The translations under genes were made by a program, and so were the position numbers. From contig NZ_LN831039.1 of NCBI RefSeq assembly GCF_001457595.1, positions 2,250,001 through 2,282,000 of the forward strand: a stretch of 32,000 nucleotides of DNA. Direction: 5' to 3'. The notes below the pieces were generated by a model. The model ran no database searches and was not told where the DNA came from. It saw only the letters and a program-made list of their open reading frames with translations. The stretch is from Mycolicibacterium smegmatis. GTDB lineage: Bacteria > Actinomycetota > Actinomycetes > Mycobacteriales > Mycobacteriaceae. Positions within the stretch are counted from its first letter, which is position 1, and each line of letters opens with the position of its first letter. Positions 25,290 through 32,000 of this stretch are shown here, piece after piece.

Positions 25290-25335
25290 GACGTCCTCCC
25301 GGGACACGGCTGGCTACGGGAATCAGCGCTGTCGG

Positions 25336-25367
25336 TAATGTCGGATGGCATTCGATAATGTCGAATG
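25336..25367. promoter_or_regulatory. Candidate IclR operator: direct repeats TAATGTCGGAT / TAATGTCGAAT 20 bp apart, overlapping the inverted repeat CATTCGA-taatg-TCGAATG
   Basis: Read directly. The direct repeats are at 25336-25346 and 25356-25366. The inverted repeat is 25349-25355 versus 25361-25367. The site lies in the glpF/IclR divergent spacer. Confidence 0.5.
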
Positions 25368-25442
25368 TGATCTGGACCATACGCTTATGCTTCGGTGACC
25401 ACAAGAGGTTCTGGCCGAAGTTCTGACGGAAGGGGGGTCGCC

Positions 25443-26189
25443 ATGATCCAGGCGGTCGATCGCGCCCTCCGGATCCTCACGGTGCTGCAGGGCGGGCGGC
25501 GGATGAGCCTGGGCGAGATCGCGTCCGCCATCGAACTCGCGCCGTCGACCGTCCATGGCCTGGTGCGCACGCTGCTCGCGCACGGCATGGTGCAGCAGGA
25601 GCTGGACTCGGGCCGGTACCGGCTCGGGCCGGCCACCCTGCGTCTGGGCAACGTCTACCTCGACACTCTCGAATTGCGTTCGCGCGTCACGGTGTGGGCG
25701 GAGAGCCTCGCCCGCCGGACCGGATGCGCCGTGCGGACCGCGGTGCTGCTGTTCGACGAGGTCGTCGTCGTCGCACACGAACCGCGTCCCGACGGCACCC
25801 GCCAGATGCCCGAGGTCGGCATCGTGATCCCCGCGCACGCCAGCGCGCTCGGCAAGGCGATGCTGGCCTTCCAGGACGGCTATCGCCCCGAGGCGCCGCT
25901 GCGCAGCATGACCGGCGAGACCGTGACCGACCCCGAGGTGCTGGCGGCCCAACTTGCGCAGGTGCGCGCCACCGGGATGGCTACCGAGGCCGAAGAGGCC
26001 GTGCTCGGTGAATGTTCCAGCGCCGCAGCGGTGTTCGACGCCACGGGCGAGGTGGCCGGGGCGATCGCGCTCGTGGTGCCCGCCGCACGGTGGCCGTTGG
26101 CGCCCGATGCCGTCGACGCGCTGCGCGATACGGCCCGCGCGGTGTCACGCGAACTCGGGGCCACGGTGTGGCCGGCCCGCCGCGCCTGA
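25443..26189 (+). CDS. IclR-family transcriptional regulator
   Basis: The ATG at 25443 has GAAGGGGGG upstream. The N-terminus MIQAVDRALRILTVLQGGRRMSLGEIASAIELAPSTVHGLVRTL is an IclR wHTH, followed by an effector domain. Confidence 0.9.
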   Translation: MIQAVDRALRILTVLQGGRRMSLGEIASAIELAPSTVHGLVRTLLAHGMVQQELDSGRYRLGPATLRLGNVYLDTLELRSRVTVWAESLARRTGCAVRTAVLLFDEVVVVAHEPRPDGTRQMPEVGIVIPAHASALGKAMLAFQDGYRPEAPLRSMTGETVTDPEVLAAQLAQVRATGMATEAEEAVLGECSSAAAVFDATGEVAGAIALVVPAARWPLAPDAVDALRDTARAVSRELGATVWPARRA

Positions 26190-26200
26190 TTGCGTTTCTG

Positions 26201-26263
26201 CGTCGAGAGCGACGAAAACGTCGTCACGACGCACTCGCAGCGACATTTACGTCGCTCTCGGCG
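26201..26263. terminator. Long nested hairpin between convergent IclR and small-gene 3' ends
   Basis: Read directly. CGTCGAGAGCGACG (26201-26214) pairs with CGTCGCTCTCGGCG (26250-26263) at 13 of 14 positions. The loop contains a second small stem, CGTCG-tca-CGACG. Confidence 0.45.
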
Positions 26264-26458
26264 TCAGTCCTGGCTACTCATGCGGTCGCCGACGAACTCC
26301 AGCAGTCGCGGATCCGGTGAGGTGAAGCGGTCGACCTCCTCGCCGCCGTCGCAACGCAGCAGTGCGATCGTCAGGCCGTCGCGGGTGCGGGCAACCACCT
26401 GCCAGTGACCGCCGGAGTCCTCCCAGCGCTGCAGATCCGCGACACGATCAACCGTCAT
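26264..26458 (-). CDS. Small conserved-looking hypothetical protein (64 aa)
   Basis: MTVDRVADLQRWEDSGGHWQVVARTRDGLTIALLRCDGGEEVDRFTSPDPRLLEFVGDRMSSQD. Third-position G+C is high by hand inspection, which is coding-like. The longer track ORF to 26632 runs antisense through the DUF488 gene and reads like a shadow frame. Confidence 0.55.
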   Translation of the reverse strand: MTVDRVADLQRWEDSGGHWQVVARTRDGLTIALLRCDGGEEVDRFTSPDPRLLEFVGDRMSSQD

Positions 26459-26477
26459 GCTCCTACCATTGCACGGC

Positions 26478-26837
26478 ATGGCCTCCAAGCATGAAGTGCG
26501 GTTGGCGCGGGTGTACGAGGAGCCCGAACCGGGGGAGGGGCACCGCGTCCTCGTGGACCGGCTGTGGCCCAGAGGGCTGCGCAAGGACGATCCGCGGATC
26601 GGGCAGTGGCTGCCGGAGGTCGCGCCGTCCACCGGATTGCGCCGCTGGTACGGCCACGCCCCTGAGCGCTACGACGAATTCGTCGAGCGTTACACCGCCG
26701 AACTGGAGACACCCGCTGCGGCCGCGGCGCTCGACGAGTTGCGCGGCATCGTGCGTGCCGCGCCCGTGGTGTTGGTGACGGCAACCAAGGAGATCGAGCT
26801 GAGCCACCTCTCGGTGCTGGCCGGCCTGCTCGCCTGA
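26478..26837 (+). CDS. DUF488-family protein
   Basis: [60 protein letters not shown]... matches the DUF488 signature style (RvYd...[12 protein letters not shown].K...W..e.APS..LR.W). Confidence 0.8.
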   Translation: MASKHEVRLARVYEEPEPGEGHRVLVDRLWPRGLRKDDPRIGQWLPEVAPSTGLRRWYGHAPERYDEFVERYTAELETPAAAAALDELRGIVRAAPVVLVTATKEIELSHLSVLAGLLA

Positions 26838-26868
26838 CGGGTGCTGGCCGCCGTCTCGACCGGGGTGG

Positions 26869-26887
26869 GAAGGTAAAGCTACCCTCA
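26869..26887. promoter_or_regulatory. IdeR iron-box-like site upstream of mbtK
   Basis: GAAGGTAAAGCTACCCTCA against the IdeR consensus TWAGGTWAGSCTWACCTWA matches 15 of 19 positions by hand (13 of 19 against the strict TTAGGTTAGGCTAACCTAA). It ends 27 nt before the mbtK ATG. Confidence 0.55.
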
Positions 26888-26913
26888 CCCGCTGCGGTAG
26901 GCTCGTCGCTCAA

Positions 26914-27561
26914 ATGACCGACATCAACACCGACACCGACGAGGCGCTCGAACCTGTTCTCAAGCGCGAACTGACGGACATCTCCGACGCCGTGCGCGCG
27001 GTGCCTGCGCCCCCGGTCCCGGTCCTCGCCGAGCCGTACAGCATCAGGCTTGCCGACGCCGAGGCCGACTGTGAACTGGTGTCGGAGTGGATGAACCGTC
27101 CACACCTCGTGGAGGCCTGGGAGTACCCGTGGCCGCCGCAGCGCTGGCGTCGTTACCTGCAGGCGCAACTCGACGGCGAGTACTCGCGCCCGTTGATCAC
27201 CGATTTCCGCGGCAAACCGGCCGGCTACGTCGAGTTGTACCGTGCGGCGAAGGATTCCATCGCGCCGCGGTATGCCGCCGACCCGTATGACATCGGGATG
27301 CATGCGGCGATCGCCGATCTGCGGTTTGTCAACCGCGGGATCGCCCCGATCCTGTTGCCGCGCATCGTGGCCAGCGTGTTCGAGCTCGAACCGGATTGCA
27401 GGCGCATCATGTTCGACCCCGACCACCGCAACACCGGCGCGCGGCGCCTCTGTGAGTGGGCCGGCTGTGCGTTCCTCGGCGAGCATCAGATGTCCAACCG
27501 CCGCATGGCGCTCTACGTGCTGCCCCGCACACCCGACGACATCCCTGAATCCGCCGCTTAG
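26914..27561 (+). CDS. mbtK: Lysine N-epsilon-acyltransferase of mycobactin biosynthesis (GNAT, IucB/MbtK family)
   Basis: Long stretches match recalled Rv1347c: [72 protein letters not shown]...NRRMALY. Confidence 0.85.
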   Translation: MTDINTDTDEALEPVLKRELTDISDAVRAVPAPPVPVLAEPYSIRLADAEADCELVSEWMNRPHLVEAWEYPWPPQRWRRYLQAQLDGEYSRPLITDFRGKPAGYVELYRAAKDSIAPRYAADPYDIGMHAAIADLRFVNRGIAPILLPRIVASVFELEPDCRRIMFDPDHRNTGARRLCEWAGCAFLGEHQMSNRRMALYVLPRTPDDIPESAA

Positions 27562-27564
27562 GCG

Positions 27565-27701
27565 TTACGTAGCACCGCGAGCGTGCGCGTCTGCCGCTCG
27601 ACACACCGCAAATCAGCAGCAGTCAGCGCACTTTCGTAGCACCGCGAGCGTGCGCGTCTGCCGCTCGACACACCGCAAATCAGCAGCAGTCAGCGCACCT
27701 T
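27565..27701. repeat. Tandem direct duplication of a 67-bp unit (two copies, 66 of 67 identical), followed by a degenerate partial third start
   Basis: Hand alignment: 27568-27634 versus 27635-27701 differ at a single position (27632 t versus 27699 c). Unit = cgtagcaccgcgagcgtgcgcgtctgccgctcgacacaccgcaaatcagcagcagtcagcgcac(t/c)tt. Confidence 0.9.
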
Positions 27702-27715
27702 CGCGGCCCACGAAC

Positions 27716-27777
27716 GTGCGTCAACTGCTGACCAAACACGGCATGTCGACAGGCAAACACGCACGCTCGCTGTGCTG
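27716..27777. repeat. Inverted, diverged copy of the 67-bp unit
   Basis: The reverse complement of the unit aligns by hand to this stretch. The best part is about 27743-27777, with 28 of 35 matches (...tgtcga..ggca.ac.cgcacgctcgc.gtgct). The 5' part matches more weakly (gtgcg / actgctg). Confidence 0.6.
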
Positions 27778-27821
27778 AGAGACCACCTGCCCAGCGGTGC
27801 TGAGAAGCCACCTACACAGCG
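27772..27821. repeat. 25-bp tandem direct repeat (21 of 25 identical); the second copy overlaps the last codons and stop of mbtN
   Basis: gtgctgagagaccacctgcccagcg (27772-27796) versus gtgctgagaagccacctacacagcg (27797-27821). The mbtN stop is at 27812-27814. Confidence 0.75.
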
Positions 27822-28996
27822 TCAGGGCCGGCGAACTCGGCGTATCCGTCGTAGTCGGGCTTCATCGCGGCGGCGACGAGTTCCCACAGCACCTCGTCGG
27901 TGCCGCCGCCCACGCGTGCGAGTTTCATGTCGCGCCACCACTTGCCCAGCGGGGTCTCGTCGACCAGATAGCCCGAGCCGCCGAAGATGTGCATGCACTC
28001 CGAGATCACCTCTTCGCCGAGGCGGGCCGCGGTGACCTTGAACGCGGCCGCGGCGCGCAGGTCGAGCTTGCCGCCGGCGGCGATACCCGCAAGGCCGTAG
28101 CGCAGCATGTCGACGCGGGCCTGCAGGTCGGCCATCCGCATCCGCAGGGCCTGGTGCTCGTAGAGGGTGTGTCCGAACTGCCGGCGTTTCATCATGCGCG
28201 CCAGCGTGATTCCGAGGATGCGCTGTGAACCCGAGGCGACCTGCCCGGCGATCGACATGCGTTCGTGGGCCAGACCCCACGAGATCGCCGCGAGGCCCGT
28301 TCCGGCGCGGGCCACGAGGGCCTGTTCGGGCACCCAGGTGTCGATGTGCACCGCGGCGGTGTCGAGCGGACCGGCACCCACCTTGCGGTACGGCGTCTGT
28401 ACCTCGCACTGCGACGTGGGCACCGCGATCACCAGCACGTTGCCGTGCCTGCTCGTCGGGTCGTGGTCGACGCCGCGCGCCACCACGATGATGTGGTCGG
28501 CGATCGGCGAGAGCGATACGAACTTCTTGATGCCCTTGACTTCGAAACCGCCACGCGCGGAGCGCACCTCGGTCTCCACGATCTGCAGATCCGAACCGCC
28601 GGACTCCTCGGAGGCGCCGATGCACAGCACCGCCTCGCCGCGGATGGCCTGCTCGCAGATGTTGCGCAGGTAATCCGACCTGCCGAACCGGCGCAGCACG
28701 CAGATCGCCGAATCGTGCAGGCTCACACCCACACCGATGCCCGCGGACCCGAGCCGTCCCAGCGAGAACGCCAACTCGATCAACTTGGCCACATCGGGTT
28801 GCTGAGCGTCACCCCACTTCTCGGTGAACACGCCGTTGCGGCCCAGGTGTTCGATGAGCTGACGCGGAAAACGTTCGGTCTCTTCGGCTTCGGCGGTCCA
28901 CTGCGTGACCTGATCGTCGAAGACGCGGTCGAGGAGTTCGCGATACTCCTCGACGGTCGTGGTCGACGGCGTCAGCGCCGGTGCTGAGGCGGTCAT
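27812..28996 (-). CDS. mbtN: Acyl-ACP/acyl-CoA dehydrogenase of mycobactin lipid-tail synthesis (FadE14)
   Basis: ACAD-fold sequence (...[12 protein letters not shown]..., ...[33 protein letters not shown]...). The ATG at 28996 overlaps the mbtM stop (ATGA). The track start at 29383 is an upstream extension inside mbtM. Confidence 0.85.
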   Translation of the reverse strand: MTASAPALTPSTTTVEEYRELLDRVFDDQVTQWTAEAEETERFPRQLIEHLGRNGVFTEKWGDAQQPDVAKLIELAFSLGRLGSAGIGVGVSLHDSAICVLRRFGRSDYLRNICEQAIRGEAVLCIGASEESGGSDLQIVETEVRSARGGFEVKGIKKFVSLSPIADHIIVVARGVDHDPTSRHGNVLVIAVPTSQCEVQTPYRKVGAGPLDTAAVHIDTWVPEQALVARAGTGLAAISWGLAHERMSIAGQVASGSQRILGITLARMMKRRQFGHTLYEHQALRMRMADLQARVDMLRYGLAGIAAGGKLDLRAAAAFKVTAARLGEEVISECMHIFGGSGYLVDETPLGKWWRDMKLARVGGGTDEVLWELVAAAMKPDYDGYAEFAGPDAV

Positions 28997-30573
28997 CCTT
29001 TCGATTCCTCCAACTGTCGTTTGACCTCCAGGCGGCGCAGCTTGCCCGAAGAGGTGCGCGGGAGTGAGCCGGGCGCCAGGAACACCACATCGGCGGGGAC
29101 GACGCCGCATTCGGAGGCGACGCGCTGCACCACCTCGCTGCGTGCTCCGGCTTCGTCGGGGCCGCGGAACTCCGCGGCGATCACCAGGCCGGGGCGCACG
29201 GCACGCTCGTTGGTACCGACGGCCACCACAGCGCCTTCGCGAACGCCCTTGACCCGCGCGGCGATCCGCTCGATCTCGGTGGGGAAGATGTTGCGTCCGG
29301 CGACGGTGATCAGTTCCTTCTTCCGACCGCAGATCACCAGTCCGTCGTCGGTGAGGTAGCCGAGGTCTCCGGTGGGGAACCACTCGCCGGGGTCCAGGGG
29401 AGCCTCTCCTCGGTAGCCGGACATCATCGAGGTGCCGCGGATCTCGACCTCACCGACCTCGCGGTCGACGACGCCGGCGTCCTCGTCACCGGGTTGCAGT
29501 CGCACCTCCATGCCGGCGATGGCGTGGCCGAGGACGGCCAGCTTCTGCGTCGACGACCCCGCCTCGGTCGTGACGGTGATCTCGTCGACCTTGAGGCCGA
29601 CGCCGGGCACGGGAACCGTGACGGCGCACGAGGATTCGGCGAGCCCATACGACGGTGACAGGGCCCCCGGATCGAACCCGAACCGGCTGAGTTCGGTGCC
29701 GAACCGTGCGGTGCCGTCGATGTCGACGGGTTCGCCACCGTTGAGGGCGAACCGCATCGCCGAGAGGTCCACGTCGGTGAGCCGGCGCGAGTACTTGCCG
29801 ATCAGGCCGTACGCCATGTTCGGCGCCGCGGTGAGCGTGGCGCGGCTCTCCGTCAGCCAGTGCACCCAGCTGAACGGCGCGGAGGCGAACGCGGTGGTCG
29901 GCGCCTGCCAGGTCTCGGTTCCCCCCACGGCGGCGCTGAGCAGGAAGGTCAGGCCCATGTCGTGGTACAGCGGCAGCCACGAGCAGCCGATGTCGCTGCC
30001 GGCCAGGCCGACCCGCTCGGCGAGGCCGCGCAGGTTCGCCAGCACCGCGTCGGGTCGCAACTGTGCGGTGCGCGGGGTCCCGGTGGATCCCGCGGTGCCC
30101 TGCAGGACCGCGAACTCGCCCAGTGGCGCGCCGAGTTCCAGCGTGGTGGAGCGCTGGGCGTGGGCCACCTCGGCGTCGTCGTGGATCACGAGAGAGCTGT
30201 CACGGGTGCGGAGTTGCTCGAGGTAGGAGCCGTGGCTGAACACCGTCGTGACGCCGATATTGGCGAATCGGTTCAGCGTCGAGTCCGCCCACTGGTCGGG
30301 ATCGGCGCCGCGGACCAGGCCGGGCAGGATCGACACGGCCGACCCGGCGAGCAGCGCACCGAGGATCGCCGCGACGCCCTCGACGGTCGGTTCGCCGACG
30401 ATGCCGACGGCCGAGGAGCCGTCCTGGCCGATGCGCTCGGCGACGTTCTGTGCCCGCAGGTGCACCTGCCCCCACGGATGCCGGTGCCACGTACGGGTTT
30501 CCGGTTCGAACACCACGAGGTCGGCGCTGCTGGTGGTCATGGCCTCCGTCAGCGCCGCGGAGAGCACGTTCAC
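28993..30573 (-). CDS. mbtM: Fatty acyl-AMP ligase (FadD33)
   Basis: Adenylate-forming enzyme motifs [19 protein letters not shown] and TGDLGY...GRKKELI. The GTG at 30573 overlaps the mbtL stop (GTGA). An alternative ATG lies 11 codons downstream. Confidence 0.85.
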   Translation of the reverse strand: MNVLSAALTEAMTTSSADLVVFEPETRTWHRHPWGQVHLRAQNVAERIGQDGSSAVGIVGEPTVEGVAAILGALLAGSAVSILPGLVRGADPDQWADSTLNRFANIGVTTVFSHGSYLEQLRTRDSSLVIHDDAEVAHAQRSTTLELGAPLGEFAVLQGTAGSTGTPRTAQLRPDAVLANLRGLAERVGLAGSDIGCSWLPLYHDMGLTFLLSAAVGGTETWQAPTTAFASAPFSWVHWLTESRATLTAAPNMAYGLIGKYSRRLTDVDLSAMRFALNGGEPVDIDGTARFGTELSRFGFDPGALSPSYGLAESSCAVTVPVPGVGLKVDEITVTTEAGSSTQKLAVLGHAIAGMEVRLQPGDEDAGVVDREVGEVEIRGTSMMSGYRGEAPLDPGEWFPTGDLGYLTDDGLVICGRKKELITVAGRNIFPTEIERIAARVKGVREGAVVAVGTNERAVRPGLVIAAEFRGPDEAGARSEVVQRVASECGVVPADVVFLAPGSLPRTSSGKLRRLEVKRQLEESKG

Positions 30574-30839
30574 TGGTTGCTCTGCTCCGCGGGGATCTTC
30601 GCGAGGATGGCGGCTTCGAGGTCGCCGACGGTGTCGCAGCTCAGCAAATCCTCCTCGGACAGTGCCACGCCCAGCTTGTCCTCGATGGCCACCATGCCGA
30701 CGGCGAATGCCACCGAGTCGAGGCCCACGTCGTCGACGAGACGGGAATCCCGGGTCACCCTGCGGATGTCAACATTCATGTCCTCACGGAGGATCTCGGT
30801 CAGGGCGGCGCTGATCGCATCAGGGGATGTTGACTGCAT
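30570..30839 (-). CDS. mbtL: Acyl carrier protein
   Basis: 89-aa acidic protein with the phosphopantetheine attachment motif VGLDSVAF. It is the first gene of the mbtL-M-N unit. Confidence 0.85.
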   Translation of the reverse strand: MQSTSPDAISAALTEILREDMNVDIRRVTRDSRLVDDVGLDSVAFAVGMVAIEDKLGVALSEEDLLSCDTVGDLEAAILAKIPAEQSNQ

Positions 30840-30863
30840 GAGCAGGGACGGTACACCTGAGAG

Positions 30864-30887
30864 TTAAGGTAGGCTAGGCTTACCCAC
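30864..30887. promoter_or_regulatory. IdeR iron-box-like site(s) upstream of mbtL
   Basis: TTAAGGTAGGCTAGGCTTACCCAC. Two overlapping registers (30864-30882 and 30869-30887) each match TWAGGTWAGSCTWACCTWA at 15 of 19 positions by hand. The site lies 25-48 nt upstream of the mbtL ATG (30839). Confidence 0.55.
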
Positions 30888-30898
30888 CTTCTGTGAGC

Positions 30899-31969
30899 TC
30901 AGTAACTGTGGTAAGCGAGCGCCGTGCTGCCCGACCGGTGCGGACCGTCGATCGTGACCGCCGCGGGCACCATCTCCGCGGTCACCACGCCGTGCCCGGC
31001 CGTCACCTCGTCCACGATCTCGAAACCGGCCGCGATGCGCTCTGGCGTGTCGACGACGACCGTCGTCACCGGCACGTACCGGGCGACTTGAAACAGACTG
31101 TCGCCGTGCAGTTCCCCGTCACCGCAGAACCCCCACACCCCGCGCACCACGGTCGCCCCGCCCGCGGCGCCGGATCCCAGCAGGCGCCGCACCAGGGCGC
31201 GGTGCACCGGCACCCCGTCGTGCAGCGCGGCGCCGGCGGTGTGGATCATCAACTTCTGCCAGATCGCCCGCCCCTGCGTGTCGGTCGCGGGCAGTGCCGC
31301 GGGTTTGCCGATGAGCTTCCCGTCGCGCTTGCACACCTCGGCGCGCTCGACCGTCATCAGGGGACGGTCGAGCAGCGCGGTCAACTCACCCAGCGCGGCG
31401 CCGACCTGTTCACCGGATCCGACCGCGATGATCATCACCGGCACGTGGGTGTTGGGGCTGAAGAACCGGGCCCGGCGCCGCTGGCCGTGGAACGTCCCGT
31501 CCACCCCCACGAACACCGTCGCCGCGGCGAACCCCAGGCGGTGCAGCAGCGCGATCACCGCGCGGTGCGCGGGAGCCCCCGCGACGCGATGGTGACGTCC
31601 GACGTAGATCGTGAGCTTGCTGGTCGACGGGATGGTCGGTGCCGGAGTCGCCGCGGTGACCAACTGGGCGCGCTCGAGGGTGATCAACCCGCGCGGCACC
31701 ATCTCGACGGCCTGCTCGGCGAGCGCCGCGATCGTCGCGGCGGTGTCGACCGCCGCGACCGCCACTGCCGGATCCTCTGACATGGTCAGCGTCTCGTCGG
31801 TACGTATCTGCCTGCTCGGGCCGAAGCCGGCCGCCCCGCGCAGCATCACGCTGGTGGCGACGCCGGCATCGCCGTACAGGTCGAACAGCGCGTCGGCGGC
31901 GAACCGGTCGCCGTGGCGTTGGCGTTCACCGAAGTACCCGGTGAGTTTCAGATAGTCCGCAGTGGTCAC
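30899..31969 (-). CDS. Protein made of three tandem DUF190 (PII-like, CrcB-associated) domains
   Basis: Three internal repeats share the pattern LKLT.Y.G...R..G.....AL..LL...G.AGATV.RG..GFG...........PV....VD....I......V......G..T.E...V. They begin at MTTADYLKLTGYFG, SKLTIYVGRHH and WQKLMIHTAG. The GTG at 31969 overlaps the upstream stop (GTGA). Confidence 0.75.
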   Translation of the reverse strand: MTTADYLKLTGYFGERQRHGDRFAADALFDLYGDAGVATSVMLRGAAGFGPSRQIRTDETLTMSEDPAVAVAAVDTAATIAALAEQAVEMVPRGLITLERAQLVTAATPAPTIPSTSKLTIYVGRHHRVAGAPAHRAVIALLHRLGFAAATVFVGVDGTFHGQRRRARFFSPNTHVPVMIIAVGSGEQVGAALGELTALLDRPLMTVERAEVCKRDGKLIGKPAALPATDTQGRAIWQKLMIHTAGAALHDGVPVHRALVRRLLGSGAAGGATVVRGVWGFCGDGELHGDSLFQVARYVPVTTVVVDTPERIAAGFEIVDEVTAGHGVVTAEMVPAAVTIDGPHRSGSTALAYHSY

Positions 31970-32000
31970 AGCCGACCTCCCAGGAACACGCCCAGCCCGG
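31966..32000 (-). CDS. crcB: C-terminal end of a CrcB/FluC-like fluoride channel gene (partial, continues past window end)
   Basis: Hand translation gives ...GLGVFLGGRL*, which resembles CrcB C-termini. The call is supported mainly by the known crcB-DUF190 genomic association and the GTGA coupling. Only 11 codons are visible. Confidence 0.4.
   Translation of the reverse strand, partial: GLGVFLGGRL

Noticed and set aside
20521-25404. Many long ORFs on the plus strand of the dha operon (for example 20706-22067, 21940-23217, 22122-22970, 23826-24662), the minus-strand alternate-frame ORF 24286-25404, and the 22884-23327 N-terminal extension of the 956-aa ORF
   Set aside because: They are shadow or extension frames. 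dhaM starts at the ATG at 22883, coupled to the dhaL stop. The extension is an alternative reading frame of the dhaL coding region and is R/G-rich.
26455-27486. 343-aa minus ORF antisense to the DUF488 and mbtK genes; also 27242-27778 plus
   Set aside because: They are shadow frames with extreme Arg/Pro/Ala content. mbtK matches the recalled Rv1347c sequence closely on the plus strand.
27565-27821. Possibility that the tandem repeats are a CRISPR array or an IS/MITE terminal repeat pair
   Set aside because: The copies are directly adjacent with no unique spacers, and there are no cas genes in the window. No transposase or target-site duplication is evident. A MITE cannot be fully excluded without a genome-wide search.
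29860-31780. Plus-strand ORFs 29860-30867 and 30893-31780
   Set aside because: They are antisense to mbtM/mbtL and the triple-DUF190 gene, with shadow-frame composition.
1-32000. Scan for tRNA, rRNA, IS elements, integrases, phage or defence-system genes
   Set aside because: No cloverleaf-like or rRNA-like segments, transposase or integrase ORFs, or recognisable defence gene signatures were found. This conclusion rests on reading by eye only.

Overview
High-GC actinobacterial chromosomal segment. Gene content and order resemble a fast-growing Mycobacterium (M. smegmatis-like); the species assignment is inference. I support about 33 protein-coding genes, tightly packed, many with 4-nt start/stop overlaps. 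I saw no rRNA, tRNA, IS element, prophage or CRISPR array. Left to right: (1) a minus-strand block of MocR regulator, LLM flavin/F420 oxidoreductase, SsuB/SsuC-like ABC ATPase and permease, and an M20 peptidase fragment at the window edge. (2) An orphan LigD-type primase-polymerase, divergent from a secreted DUF4185 (GH183-like) protein with a PQ linker. (3) A TetR regulator divergent from a four-gene plus-strand operon: ExxH-motif 'metal-dependent hydrolase', polytopic membrane protein, LmeA/DUF2993-like protein, secreted chorismate mutase. (4) Two tandem paralogous hypothetical genes, followed by a cupin gene broken by two frameshifts. (5) A PTS-centred carbon block: EIICB divergent from crr-nagB-nagA, a large ATPase-LuxR (LAL) regulator, and glpF-dhaK-dhaL-dhaM (DhaM-HPr-EI fusion) divergent from an IclR regulator. 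(6) A head-to-head pair of a small gene and a DUF488 gene. (7) The mycobactin acylation locus mbt-2 (mbtK convergent with mbtL-mbtM-mbtN), with IdeR-box-like sites in front of both units. (8) A single-chain triple-DUF190 protein coupled to a CrcB/FluC C-terminus at the window end. Nothing here is demonstrably a new system from sequence alone. The items most worth follow-up are the composite repeat array in the mbtK/mbtN spacer, the TetR-controlled operon ending in the secreted chorismate mutase, the tandem paralog pair, the triple-DUF190 fusion, and the shared AT-rich 9-mer flanking the MocR gene. All coordinates and alignments were done by hand from the sequence and ORF track. No database search was run.
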